From the human T2T-CHM13v2.0 reference genome, Homo sapiens, in assembly GCF_009914755.1 (NCBI RefSeq), contig NC_060939.1: a stretch of DNA of 64,000 nt. One strand, 5' to 3'. Both the position numbers and the translations under genes were made by a program. Shown here one piece after another: positions 12,801 through 28,100 of this stretch. Below the pieces are notes generated by a model. That model was not told where the DNA came from, did not search any database, and saw only the letters and a list, made by a program, of their open reading frames with translations. The number at the start of each line of letters is the position of its first letter. Positions within the stretch are counted from its first letter, which is position 1.

Positions 12801-15800
12801 CCTTTGATTCCATAACATTTGAGTCCATTCAATTCCATTCCTTTCGTTTCCATTCCATTTGATGCCATTCCATTCAATTCTGTTCTACTCGACTCCAATA
12901 CATTCAATTCCATTCCATCCGATTCCATTACATTCTTTTCATTTCTTATCCATTTCAAGCCATTCCACTCCATTCCATTCCACTCGTTTCCTTTCCATTC
13001 GAGTCCATTCCTCTCCAGTCCATTCCGTTCAATCCATTCCATTCCAGTCCATTCCATTCGAGTCCGTTCCATTCCAGTCCATTCCATTCGAGTCAATTCC
13101 ATCCCATTCGATGTCTTTCCATAACGATCCATTCCATTCTATTCCTTTCGATTCCATTCCATTCTATTTCATTCCATTCGATTCCCTTCCATTGGACTCC
13201 TTTCCATTCGAGTGCATTCCATTCCGTTCCATTTCTTTCCGTTCTGTACGATTCCTACCGTTCGATTTCATTTTGTTCCAGTCCATTCCTTTCGCGTCCA
13301 TTCCATTCCATTTCACTCCATTCGATTCCATTCCACTCGATTCCACTTCGTTCCATTTCATTGCATTCCATTCTATTCAACTCTATTGCCTTCCATTCCA
13401 TTCCATTCGATTACATTCCATGCGATTCCATTCGAAATCGAATCAATTACATTGCAATCCATTACTATTGAGTCCGTTTTATTCCAGTCCACTGCATTCT
13501 GGTCCATTCCATTTGATTCCATTCCATTCTATTCCATTCCATACAGTTGCATTCCATTGGATTCCATTCTATATCTATAAATTCAATACGAGACCATTGC
13601 TTTTGAGTCCATTCTATATGATTCCATTCCTTTCAAGTCCATTACATTTGGTTCAATTCCATTCCTTTTCATTCCCTTCCATTCCATTCCAGTTGATATC
13701 AATCCATTCGATTCCATTCCATTCGAGCACATTCCATTCGAGTCCATTCCATTCCATGCCATTCCATTTGATTCTATTCCATTAGTCTCCATTCAATTCC
13801 ATTAATCTCCATTCCATTCCATTCTACTCCAACTGATTCCATTCCATTCTATTCCTTTCCATTCCATTTCATTCCATTCCATTCCATTTCATTCCATTCC
13901 ATTCCATTCGCTTCCATTCCATTCGTGTCCATTCCACTCCAGTCCATTCCATTCGTGTCCATTCCATTCCAGTCCATTCCATTTGTGTCCACTGCATTCC
14001 ATTCCACTCCATTCCATATTATTCCATTACACTCCATTCCATTCTATTACTTTCATTTCCATTCAATTCCATTCCATTTGATTCCATTCCACTCGGTTTC
14101 ATTCCATTTGAGTCCACTCCATTCCATTCCATTCCATTCCATTCCAATCCATTCCATACAGTTCCATTCCATTCTGTTCCATTCCATTCCGTTCCATTGC
14201 ATTCCATTCCATTCGGTACCATTCCATATTTTTCCATTCGATTCCATTCGAATCCATTCCATTCCAGTCCATTCCATTCGATTCCATTCCATTCCTTTCA
14301 ATTCCATTCCATTCCATTCCATTCCACTTGATTCCACTCCATTCCCTTCCACTGCATTCCATTCAATTCCATTCCATTGCATTGCATTCCATTCCATTGG
14401 ACTGCATTCCTTTCGATTCCATTCCATTCGAATCAATTACGTAGCAATCCATTACATTCGAGTCTATTCTATTCCGTTCCATTCGATTTCATTCCAATCC
14501 ATTCGATTCCATTCCATTCGATTCCATTCCATACTATTGCATTCCATTTGATTACATTATATTCGAATAAGTTCCATTCAAGACCATTTCTTTTGAGTCC
14601 ATTCTATTTGAGTCCATTCCCTTTGATTCCATAACATTTGAGTCCATTCAATTCCATTCCTTTCGTTTCCATTCCATTTGATGCCATTCCATTCAATTCT
14701 GTTCTACTCGACTCCAATACATTCAATTCCATTCCATCCGATTCCATTACATTCTTTTCATTTCTTATCCATTTCAAGCCATTCCACTCCATTCCATTCC
14801 ACTCGTTTCCTTTCCATTCGAGTCCATTCCTCTCCAGTCCATTCCGTTCAATCCATTCCATTCCAGTCCATTCCATTCGAGTCCGTTCCATTCCAGTCCA
14901 TTCCATTCGAGTCAATTCCATTCCATTCGATGTCTTTCCATAACGATCCATTCCATTCTATTCCTTTCGATTCCATTCCATTCTATTTCATTCCATTCGA
15001 TTCCCTTCCATTGGACTCCTTTCCATTCGAGTGCATTCCATTCCGTTCCATTTCTTTCCGTTCTGTTCGATTCCTACCGTTCGATTTCATTTTGTTCCAG
15101 TCCATTCCTTTCGCGTCCATTCCATTCCATTTCACTCCATTCGATTCCATTCCACTCGATTCCACTTCGTTCCATTTCATTGCATTCCATTCTATTCAAC
15201 TCTATTGCCTTCCATTCCATTCCATTCGATTACATTCCATGCGATTCCATTCGAAATCGAATCAATTACATTGCAATCCATTACTATTGAGTCCATTTTA
15301 TTCCAGTCCACTGCATTCTGGTCCATTCCATTTGATTCCATTCCATTCTATTCCATTCCATACAGTTGCATTCCATTGGATTCCATTCTATATCTATAAA
15401 TTCAATTCGAGACCATTGCTTTTGAATCCATTCTATATGATTCCATTCCATTCAAGTCCATTACATTTGGTTCAATTCCATTCCATTCCATTCCCTTCCA
15501 TTCCATTCCAGTTGATATCAATCCATTCGATTCCATTCCATTCGAGCACATTCCATTTGAGTCCATTCCATTCGATGCCATTCCATTTGATTCTATTCCA
15601 TTAGTCTCCATTCAATTCCATTAATCTCCATTCCATTCCATTCTACTCCAACTGATGCCAATCCATTCTATTCCTTTCCATTCCATTTCATTCCATTCCA
15701 TTCCATTTCATTCCATTCCATTCCATTCGTGTCCATTCCACTCCAGTCCATTCCATTCGTGTCCATTCCATTCCAGTCCATTCCATTTGTGTCCACTGCC

Positions 15801-18800
15801 TTCCATTCCACTCCATTCCATATTATTCCATTACACTCCATTCCATTCTATTACTTTCATTTCCATTCAATTCCATTCCATTTGATTCCATTCCACTCGG
15901 TTTCATTCCATTTGAGTCCACTCCATTCCATTCCATTCCATTCCATTCAGTTAAATTCCATTCTGTTCCATTCCATTCCGTTCCATTACATTCCATTCCA
16001 TTCGGTACCATTCCATATTGTTCCATTCGATTCCATTCAAATCCATTCCATTCCAGTCCATTCCATTCGATTCCATTCCATTCATTTCAATTCCATTCCA
16101 TTCCATTCCATTACATTCCACTTGATTCCTCTCCATTCCCTTCCACTGCATTCCGTTCGATTCCATTCCATTGCATTGCATTCCATTCCATTGGATTGCA
16201 TTTCATTCGATTCCATTCCATTCGAATCAATTACATAGCAATCCATTACATTCGAGTCTATTCTATTCCGTTCCATTCGATTTCGTTCCAATCCATTCGA
16301 TTCCATTCCATTCGATTCCATTCCATACTATTGCATTCCATTCGATTTCATTATATTCGAATAAGTTCCATTCAAGACCATTTCTTTTGAGTCCATTCTA
16401 TTTGAGTCCATTCCCTTTGATTCCATAACATTTGAGTCCATTCAATTCCATTCCTTTCGTTTCCATTCCATTTGATGCCATTCCATTCAATTCTGTTCTA
16501 CTCGACTCCAATACATTCAATTCCATTCCATCCGATTCCATTACATTCTTTTCATTTCTTATCCATTTCAAGCCATTCCACTCCATTCCATTCCACTCGT
16601 TTCCTTTCCATTCGAGTCCATTCCTCTCCAGTCCATTCCGTTCAATCCATTCCATTCCAGTCCATTCCATTCGAGTCCGTTCCATTCCAGTCCATTCCAT
16701 TCGAGTCAATTCCATTCCATTCGATGTCTTTCCATAACGATCCATTCCATTCTATTCCTTTCGATTCCATTCCATTCTATTTCATTCCATTCGATTCCCT
16801 TCCATTGGACTCCTTTCCATTCGAGTGCATTCCATTCCGTTCCATTTCTTTCCGTTCTGTACGATTCCTACCGTTCGATTTCATTTTGTTCCAGTCCATT
16901 CCTTTCGCGTCCATTCCATTCCATTTCACTCCATTCGATTCCATTCCACTCGATTCCACTTCGTTCCATTTCATTGCATTCCATTCTATTCAACTCTATT
17001 GCCTTCCATTCCATTCCATTCGATTACATTCCATGCGATTCCATTCGAAATCGAATCAATTACATTGCAATCCATTACTATTGAGTCCGTTTTATTCCAG
17101 TCCACTGCATTCTGGTCCATTCCATTTGATTCCATTCCATTCTATTCCATTCCATACAGTTGCATTCCATTGGATTCCATTCTATATCTATAAATTCAAT
17201 ACGAGACCATTGCTTTTGAGTCCATTCTATATGATTCCATTCCTTTCAAGTCCATTACATTTGGTTCAATTCCATTCCTTTTCATTCCCTTCCATTCCAT
17301 TCCAGTTGATATCAATCCATTCGATTCCATTCCATTCGAGCACATTCCATTCGAGTCCATTCCATTCGATGCCATTCCATTTGATTCTATTCCATTAGTC
17401 TCCATTCAATTCCATTAATCTCCATTCCATTCCATTCTACTCCAACTGATTCCATTCCATTCTATTCCTTTCCATTCCATTTCATTCCATTCCATTCCAT
17501 TTCATTCCATTCCATTCCATTCGCTTCCATTCCATTCGTGTCCATTCCACTCCAGTCCATTCCATTCGTGTCCATTCCATTCCAGTCCATTCCATTTGTG
17601 TCCACTGCATTCCATTCCACTCCATTCCATATTATTCCATTACACTCCATTCCATTCTATTACTTTCATTTCCATTCAATTCCATTCCATTTGATTCCAT
17701 TCCACTCGGTTTCATTCCATTTGAGTCCACTCCATTCCATTCCATTCCATTCCATTCAGTTCCATTCTAATCTGTTCCATTCCATTCCGTTCCATTGCAT
17801 TCCATTCCATTCGGTACCATTCCATATTGTTCCATTCGATTCCATTCGAATCCATTCCATTCCAGTCCATTCCATTCGATTCCATTCCATTCCTTTCCAT
17901 TCCATTCCATTCCATTCCATTCCACTTGATTCCACTCCATTCCCTTCCACTGCATTCCATTCGATTCCATTCCATTGCATTGCATTCCATTCCATTGGAC
18001 TGCATTCCATTCGATTCCATTCCACTCGAATCAATTACTTAGCAATCCATTACATTCGAGTCTATTCTATTCCGTTCCATTCGATTTCGTTCCAATCCAT
18101 TCGATTCCATTCCATACTATTGCATTCCATTCGATTACATTATATTCGAATAAGTTCCATTCAAGACCATTTCTTTTGAGTCCATTCTATTTGAGTCCAT
18201 TCCCTTTGATTCCATAACATTTGAGTCCATTCAATTCCATTCCTTTCGTTTCCATTCCATTTGATGCCATTCCATTCAATTCTGTTCTACTCGACTCCAA
18301 TACATTCAATTCCATTCCATCCGATTCCATTACATTCTTTTCATTTCTTATCCATTTCAAGCCATTCCACTCCATTCCATTCCACTCGTTTCCTTTCCAT
18401 TCGAGTCCATTCCTCTCCAGTCCATTCCGTTCAATCCATTCCATTCCAGTCCATTCCATTCGAGTCCGTTCCATTCCAGTCCATTCCATTCGAGTCAATT
18501 CCATTCCATTCGATGTCTTTCCATAACGATCCATTCCATTCTATTCCTTTCGATTCCATTCCATTCTATTTCATTCCATTCGATTCCCTTCCATTGGAAT
18601 CCTTTCCATTCGAGTGCATTCCATTCCGTTCCATTTCTTACCGTTCTGTACGATTCCTACCGTTCGATTTCATTTTGTTCCAGTCCATTATTTTCGCGTC
18701 CATTCCATTCCATTTCACTCCATTCGATTCCATTCCACTCGATTCCACTTCGTTCCATTTCATTGCATTCCATTCTATTCAACTCTATTGCCTTCCATTC

Positions 18801-21800
18801 CATTCCATTCGATTACATTCCATGCGATTCCATTCGAAATCGAATCAATTACATTGCAATCCATTACTATTGAGTCCATTTTATTCCAGTCCACTGCATT
18901 CTGGTCCATTCCATTTGATTCCATTACATTCTATTCCATTCCATACAGTTGCATTCCATTGGATTCCATTCTATATCTATAAATTCAATTCGAGACCATT
19001 GCTTTTGAATCCATTCTATATGATTCCATTCCATTCAAGTCCATTACATTTGGTTCAATTCCATTCCATTCCATTCCCTTCCATTCCATTCCAGTTGATA
19101 TCAATCCATTCGATTCCATTCCATTCGAGCACATTCCATTTGAGTCCATTCCATTCGATGCCATTCCATTTGATTCTATTCCATTAGTCTCCATTCAATT
19201 CCATTAATCTCCATTCCATTCCATTCTACTCCAACTGATTCCATTCCATTCTATTCCTTTCCATTCCATTTCATTCCATTCCATTCCATTTCATTCCATT
19301 CCATTCCATTCGCTTCCATTCCATTCGTGTCCATTCCACTCCAGTCCATTCCATTCGTGTCCATTCCATTCCAGTCCATTCCATTTGTGTCCACTGCATT
19401 CCATTCCACTCCATTCCATATTATTCCATTACACTCCATTCCATTCTATTACTTTCATTTCCATTCAATTCCATTCCATTTGATTCCATTCCACTCGGTT
19501 TCATTCCATTTGAGTCCACTCCATTCCATTCCATTCCATTCCATTCAGTTCCATTCCATTCCGTTCCATTGCATTCCATTCCATTCGGTACCATTCCATA
19601 TTGTTCCATTCGATTCCATTCGAATCCATTCCATTCCAATCCATTCCATTCGATTCCATTCCATTCCTTTCAATTCCATTCCATTCCATTCCATTCCACT
19701 TGATTCCACTCCATTCCCTTCCACTGCATTCCATTCGATTCCATTCCATTGCATTGCATTCCATTCCATTGGACTGCATTCCATTCGATTCCATTCCATT
19801 CGAATCAATTACATAGCAATCCATTACATTCGAGTCTATTCTATTCCGTTCCATTCGATTTCGTTCCAATCCATTCGATTCCATTCCATTCGATTCCATT
19901 CCATACTATTGCATTCCATTCTATTACATTATATTCGAATAAGTTCCATTCAAGACCATTTCTTTTGAGTCCATTCTATTTGAGTCCATTCCCTTTGATT
20001 CCATAACATTTGAGTCCATTCAATTCCATTCCTTTCGTTTGCATTCCATTTGATGCCATTCCATTCAATTCTGTTCTACTCGACTCCAATACATTCAATT
20101 CCATTCCATCCGATTCCATTACATTCTTTTCATTTCTTATCCATTTCAAGCCATTCCACTCCATTCCATTCCACTGGTTTCCTTTCCATTCGAGTCCATT
20201 CCTCTCCAGTCCATTCCGTTCAATCCATTCCATTCCAGTATATTCCATTCGAGTCCTTTCCATTCCAGTCCATTCCATTCGAGTCAATTCCATTCCATTC
20301 GATGTCTTTCCATAACGATCCATTCCATTCTATTCCTTTTGATTCCATTCCATTCTATTTCATTCCATTCGATTCCCTTCCATTGGACTCCTTTCCATTC
20401 GAGTGCATTCCATTCCGTTCCATTTCTTTCCGTTCTGTACGATTCCTACCGTTCGATTTCATTTTGTTCCAGTCCATTCCTTTCGCGTCCATTCCATTCC
20501 ATTTCACTCCATTCGATTCCATTCCACTCGATTCCACTTCGTTCCATTTCATTGCATTCCATTCTATTCAACTCTATTGCCTTCCATTCCATTCCATTCG
20601 ATTACATTCCATGCGATTCCATTCGAAATCGAATCAATTACATTGCAATCCATTACTATTGAGTCTGTTTTATTCCAGTCCACTGCATTCTGGTCCATTC
20701 CATTTGATTCCATTCCATTTTATTCCATTCCATACAGTTGCATTCCATTGGATTCCATGCTATATCTATAAATTCAATTCGAGACCATTGCTTTTGAGTC
20801 CATTCTATATGATTCCATTCCATTCAAGTCCATTACATTTGGTTCAATTCCATTCCATTCCATTCCCTTCCATTCCATTCCAGTTGATATCAATCCATTC
20901 GATTCCATTCCATTCGAGCACATTCCATTCGAGTCCATTCCATTCGATGCCATTCCATTTGATTCTATTCCATTAGTCTCCATTCAATTCCATTAATCTC
21001 CATTCCATTCCATTCTACTCCAACTGATTCCATTCCATTCTATTCCTTTCCATTCCATTTCATTCCATTCCATTCCATTTCATTCCATTCCATTCCATTC
21101 GTGTCCATTCCACTCCAGTCCATTCCATTCGTGTCCATTCCATTCCAGTCCATTCCATTTGTGTCCACTGCATTCCATTCCACTCCATTCCATATTATTC
21201 CATTACATTCCATTCCATTCTATTACTTTCATTTCCATTCAATTCCATTCCATTTGATTCCATTCCACTCGGTTTCATTCCATTTGAGTCCAATCCATTC
21301 CATTCCATTCCATTCCATTCAGTTCCATTCCATTCTCTTCCATTCCATTCCGTTCCATTACATTCCATTCCATTCGGTACCATTCCATATTGTTCCATTC
21401 GATTCCATTCGAATCCATTCCATTCCAGTCCATTCCATTCGATTCCATTCCATTCATTTCAATTCCATTCCATTCCATTCCATTACATTCCACTTGATTC
21501 CTCTCCATTCCCTTCCACTGCATTCCGTTCGATTCCATTCCATTGCATTGCATTCCATTCCATTGGATTGCATTCCATTCGATTCCATTCCATTCGAATC
21601 AATTACATAGCAATCCATTACATTCGAGTCTATTCTATTCCGTTCCATTCGATTTCGTTCCAATCCATTCGATTCCATTCCATTCGATTCCATTCCATAC
21701 TATTGCATTCCATTCGATTACATTATATTCGAATAAGTTCCATTCAAGACCATTTCTTTTGAGTCCATTCTATTTGAGTCCATTCCCTTTGATTCCATAA

Positions 21801-24800
21801 CATTTGAGTCCATTCAATTCCATTCCTTTCGTTTCCATTCCATTTGATGCCATTCCATTCAATTCTGTTCTACTCGACTCCAATACATTCAATTCCATTC
21901 CATCCGATTCCATTACATTCTTTTCATTTCTTATCCATTTCAAGCCATTCCACTCCATTCCATTCCACTCGTTTCCTTTCCATTCGAGTCCATTCCTCTC
22001 CAGTCCATTCCGTTCAATCCATTCCATTCCAGTCCATTCCATTCGAGTCCGTTCCATTCCAGTCCATTCCATTCGAGTCAATTCCATTCCATTCGATGTC
22101 TTTCCATAACGATCCATTCCATTCTATTCCTTTCGATTCCATTCCATTCTATTTCATTGCATTGGATTCCCTTCCATTGGACTCCTTTCCATTCGAGTGC
22201 ATTCCATTCCGTTCCATTTCTTTCCGTTCTGTACGATTCCTACCGTTCGATTTCATTTTGTTCCAGTCCATTCCTTTCGCGTCCATTCCATTCCATTTCA
22301 CTCCATTCGATTCCATTCCACTCGATTCCACTTCGTTCCATTTCATTGCATTCCATTCTATTCAACTCTATTGCCTTCCATTCCATTCCATTCGATTACA
22401 TTCCATGCGATTCCATTCGAAATCGAATCAATTACATTGCAATCCATTACTATTGAGTCCGTTTTATTCCAGTCCACTGCATTCTGGTCCATTCCATTTG
22501 ATTCCATTCCATTCTATTCCATTACATACAGTTGCATTCCTTTGGATTCCATGCTATATCTATAAATTCAATTCGAGACCATTGCTTTTGAGTCCATTCT
22601 ATATGATTCCATTCCATTCAAGTCCATTACATTTGGTTCAATTCCATTCCATTCCAGTTGATATCAATCCATTCGATTCCATTCCATTCGAGCACATTCC
22701 ATTCGAGTCCATTCCATTCGATGCCATTCCATTTGATTCTATTCCATTAGTCTCCATTCAATTCCATTCATCTCCATTCCATTCCATTCTACTCTAACTG
22801 ATTCCATTCCATTCTATTCCTTTCCATTCCATTTCATTCCATTCCATTCCATTTCATTCCATTCCATTCCATTCGTGTCCATTCCTCTCCAGTCCATTCC
22901 ATTCGTGTCCATTCCATTCCAGTCCATTCCATTTGTGTCCACTGCATTCCATTCCACTCCATTCCATATTATTCCATTACACTCCATTCCATTCTATTAC
23001 TTTCATTTCCATTCAATTCCATTCCATTTGATTCCATTCCACTCGGTTTCATTCCATTTGAGTCCACTCCATTCCATTCCATTCCATTCCATTCTGTTCC
23101 ATTCCATTCCGTTCCATTACATTCCATTCCATTCGGTACCATTCCATATTGTTCCATTCGATTCCATTCGAATCCATTCCATTCCAGTCCATTCCATTCG
23201 ATTCCATTCCATTCCTTTCAATTCCATTCCATTCCATTCCATTCTACTTGATTCCACTCCATTCCCTTCCACTGCGTTCCATTCGATTCCATTCCATTGC
23301 ATTGCATTCCATTCCATCGGATTGCATTCCATTCGATTCCATTCCATTCGAATCAATTACATAGCAATCCATTACATTCGAGTCTATTCTATTCCGTTCC
23401 ATTCGATTTCGTTCCAATCCATTCGATTCCATTCCATTCGATTCCATTCCATACTATTGCATTCCATTCGATTACATTATATTCGAATAAGTTCCATTCA
23501 AGACCATTTCTTTTGAGTCCATTCTATTTGAGTCCATTCCCTTTGATTCCATAACATTTGAGTCCATTCAATTCCATTCCTTTCGTTTCCATTCCATTTG
23601 ATGCCATTCCATTCAATTCTGTTCTACTCGACTCCAATACATTCAATTCCATTCCATCCGATTCCATTACATTCTTTTCATTTCTTATCCATTTCAAGCC
23701 ATTCCACTCCATTCCATTCCACTCGTTTCCTTTCCATTCGAGTCCATTCCTCTCCAGTCCATTCCGTTCAATCCATTCCATTCCAGTCCATTCCATTCAA
23801 GTCCGATCCATTCCAGTCCATTCCATTCGAGTCAATTCCATTCCATTCGATGTCTTTCCATAACGATCCATTCCATTCTATTCCTTTCGATTCCATTCCA
23901 TTCTATTTCATTCCATTCGATTCCCTTCCATTGGACTCCTTTCCATTCGAGTGCATTCCATTCCTTTCCATTTCTTTCCGTTCTGTACGATTCCTACCGT
24001 TCGATTTCATTTTGTTCCAGTCCATTCCTTTCGCGTCCATTCCATTCCATTTCACTCCATTCGATTCCATTCCACTCGATTCCACTTCGTTCCATTTCAT
24101 TGCATTCCATTCTATTCAACTCTATTGCCTTCCATTCCATTCCATTCGATTACATTCCATGCGATTCCATTCGAAATCGAATCAATTACATTGCAATCCA
24201 TTACTATTGAGTCCGTTTTATTCCAGTCCACTGCATTCTGGTCCATTCCATTTGATTCCATTCCATTCTATTCCATTCCATACAGTTGCATTCCATTGGA
24301 TTCCATGCTATATCTATAAATTCAATTCGAGACCATTGCTTTTGAGTCCATTCTATATGATTCCATTCCATTCAAGTCCATTACATTTGGTTCAATTCCA
24401 TTCCATTCCATTCCCTTCCATTCCATTCCAGTTGATATCAATCCATTCGATTCCATTCCATTCGAGCACATTCCATTCGAGTCCATTCCATTCGATGCCA
24501 TTCCATTTGATTCTATTCCATTAGTCTCCATTCAATTCCATTAATCTCCATTCCATTCCATTCTACTCCAACTGATTCCATTCCATTCTATTCCTTTCCA
24601 TTCCATTTCATTCCATTCCATTCCATTTCATTCCATTCCATTCCATTCGTGTCCATTCCACTCCAGTCCATTCCATTCGTGTCCATTCCATTCCAGTCCA
24701 TTCCATTTGTGTCCACTGCATTCCATTCCACTCCATTCCATATTATTCCATTACACTCCATTCCATTCTATTACTTTCATTTCCATTCAATTCCATTCCA

Positions 24801-25199
24801 TTTGATTCCATTCCACTCGGTTTCATTCCATTTGAGTCCACTCCATTCCATTCCATTCCATTCCATTCAGTTCCATTCCATTCTGTTCCATTCCATTCCG
24901 TTCCATTACATTCCATTCCACTCGGTACCATTCCATATTGTTCCATTCGATTCCATTCGAATCCATTCCATTCCAGTCCATTCCATTCGATTCCATTCCA
25001 TTCATTTCAATTCCATTCCATTCCATTCCATTACATTCCACTTGATTCCTCTCCATTCCCTTCCACTGCATTCCGTTCGATTCCATTCCATTGCATTGCA
25101 TTCCATTCCATTGGATTGCATTCCATTCGATTCCATTCCATTCGAATCAATTACATAGCAATCCATTACATTCGAGTCTATTCTCTTCCATTCCATTCG

Positions 25200-28100
25200 A
25201 TTTCGTTCCAATCCATTCGATTCCATTCCATTCGATTCCATTCCATACTATTGCATTCCATTCGATTACATTATATTCGAATAAGTTCCATTCAAGACCA
25301 TTTCTTTTGAGTCCATTCTATTTGAGTCCATTCCCTTTGATTCCATAACATTTGAGTCCATTCAATTCCATTCCTTTCGTTTCCATTCCATTTGATGCCA
25401 TTCCATTCAATTCTGTTCTACTCGACTCCAATACATTCAATTCCATTCCATCCGATTCCATTACATTCTTTTCATTTCTTATCCATTTCAAGCCATTCCA
25501 CTCCATTCCATTCCACTCGTTTCCTTTCCATTCGAGTCCATTCCTCTCCAGTCCATTCCGTTCAATCCATTCCATTCCAGTCCATTCCATTCGAGTCCGT
25601 TCCATTCCAGTCCATTCCATTCGAGTCAATTCCATTCCATTCGATGTCTTTCCATAACGATCCATTCCATTCTATTCCTTTCGATTCCATTCCATTCTAT
25701 TTCATTGCATTCGATTCCCTTCCATTGGACTCCTTTCCATTCGAGTGCATTCCATTCCGTTCCATTTCTTTCCGTTCTGTACGATTCCTACCGTTCGATT
25801 TCATTTTGTTCCAGTCCATTCCTTTCGCGTCCATTCCATTCCATTTCACTCCATTCGATTCCATTCCACTCGATTCCACTTCGTTCCATTTCATTGCATT
25901 CCATTCTATTCAACTCTATTGCCTTCCATTCCATTCCATTCGATTACATTCCATGCGATTCCATTCGAAATCGAATCAATTACATTGCAATCCATTACTA
26001 TTGAGTCCGTTTTATTCCAGTCCACTGCATTCTGGTCCATTCCATTTGATTCCATTCCATTCTATTCCATTCCATACAGTTGCATTCCTTTGGATTCCAT
26101 GCTATATATATAAATTAAATTCGAGACCATTGCTTTTGAGTCCATTCTATATGATTCCATTCCATTCAAGTCCATTACCTTTGGTTCAATTCCATTCCAT
26201 TCTAGTTGATATCAATCCATTCGATTCCATTCCATTCGAGCACATTCCATTCGAGTCCATTCCATTCGATGCCATTCCATTTGATTCTATTCCATTAGTC
26301 TCCATTCAATTCCATTAATCTCCATTCCATTCCATTCTACTCTAACTGATTCCATTCCATTCTATTCCTTTCCATTCCATTTCATTCCATTCCATTCCAT
26401 TTCATTCCATTCCATTCCATTCGTGTCCATTCCTCTCCAGTCCATTCCATTCGTGTCCATTCCATTCCAGTCCATTCCATTTGTGTCCACTGCATTCCAT
26501 TCCACTCCATTCCATATTATTCCATTACACTCCATTCCATTCTATTACTTTCATTTCCATTCAATTCCATTCCATTTGATTCCATTCCACTCGGTTTCAT
26601 TCCATTTGAGTCCACTCCATTCCATTCCATTCCATTCCATTCTGTTCCATTCCATTCCGTTCCATTACATTCCATTCCATTCGGTACCATTCCATAGTGT
26701 TCCATTCGATTCCATTCGAATCCATTCCATTCCAGTCCATTCCATTCGATTCCATTTCATTCATTTCAATTCCATTCCATTCCATTCCATTACATTCCAC
26801 TTGATTCCTCTCCATTCCCTTCCACTGCATTCCGTTCGATTCCATTCCATTGCATTGCATTCCATTCCATTGGATTGCATTCCATTCGATTCCATTCCAT
26901 TCGAATCAATTACATAGCAATCCATTACATTCGAGTCTATTCTATTCCGTTCCATTCGATTTCGTTCCAATCCATTCGATTCCATTCCATTCGATTCCAT
27001 TCCATACTATTGCATTCCATTCGATTACATTATATTCGAATAAGTTCCATTCAAGACCATTTCTTTTGAGTCCATTCTATTTGAGTCCATTCCCTTTGAT
27101 TCCATAACATTTGAGTCCATTCAATTCCATTCCTTTCGTTTCCATTCCATTTGATGCCATTCCATTCAATTCTGTTCTACTCGACTCCAATACATTCAAT
27201 TCCATTCCGTCCGATTCCATTACATTCTTTTCATTTCTTATCCATTTCAAGCCATTCCACTCCATTCCATTCCACTCGTTTCCTTTCCATTCGAGTCCAT
27301 TCCTCTCCAGTCCATTCCGTTCAATCCATTCCATTCCAGTCCATTCCATTCGAGTCCGTTCCATTCCAGTCCACTCCATTCGAGTCAATTCCATTCCATT
27401 CGATGTCTTTCCATAACGATCCATTCCATTCTATTCCTTTCGATTCCATTCCATTCTATTTCATTCCATTCGATTCCCTTCCATTGGAATCCTTTCCATT
27501 CGAGTGCATTCCATTCCGTTCCATTTCTTACCGTTCTGTACGATTCCTACCGTTCGATTTCATTTTGTTCCAGTCCATTATTTTCGCGTCCATTCCATTC
27601 CATTTCACTCCATTCGATTCCATTCCACTCGATTCCACTTCGTTCCATTTCATTGCATTCCATTCTATTCAACTCTATTGCCTTCCATTCCATTCCATTC
27701 GATTACATTCCATGCGATTCCATTCGAAATCGAATCAATTACATTGCAATCCATTGCTATTGAGTCCATTTTATTCCAGTCCACTGCATTCTGGTCCATT
27801 CCATTTGATACCATTCCATTCTATTGCATTCCATACAGTTGCATTCCATTGGATTCCATTCTATATCTATAAATTCAATTCGAGACCATTGCTTTTGAAT
27901 CCATTCTATATGATTCCATTCCATTCAAGTCCATTACATTTGGTTCAATTCCATTCCATTCCAGTTGATATCAATCCATTCGATTCCATTCCGTTCGAGC
28001 ACATTCCATTCGAGTCCATTCCATTCGATGCCATTCCATTTGATTCTATGCCATTAGTCTCCATTCAATTCCATTAATCTCCATTCCATTCCATTCTACT

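Larger units (their letters stand above)
242..18220 (+). repeat. Higher-order ~3.6-kb B/A dimer repeat, 5 copies (U1-U10)
   Basis: The distance from unit landmark to the first GTGTCC landmark alternates 1091/1106 bp for ten consecutive units, co-varying with the tail SNP set. Confidence 0.85.

Noticed and set aside
242-18220. Y-chromosome DYZ1 (3.6-kb HSat3 repeat) or chr1 1.77-kb HSat2
   Set aside because: The 3.6-kb period here is a local dimer of two near-identical 1.8-kb monomers, and I noticed no periodic HaeIII GGCC site. The simple CATTC-dominated composition and absence of periodic EcoRI sites argue against chr1 HSat2.
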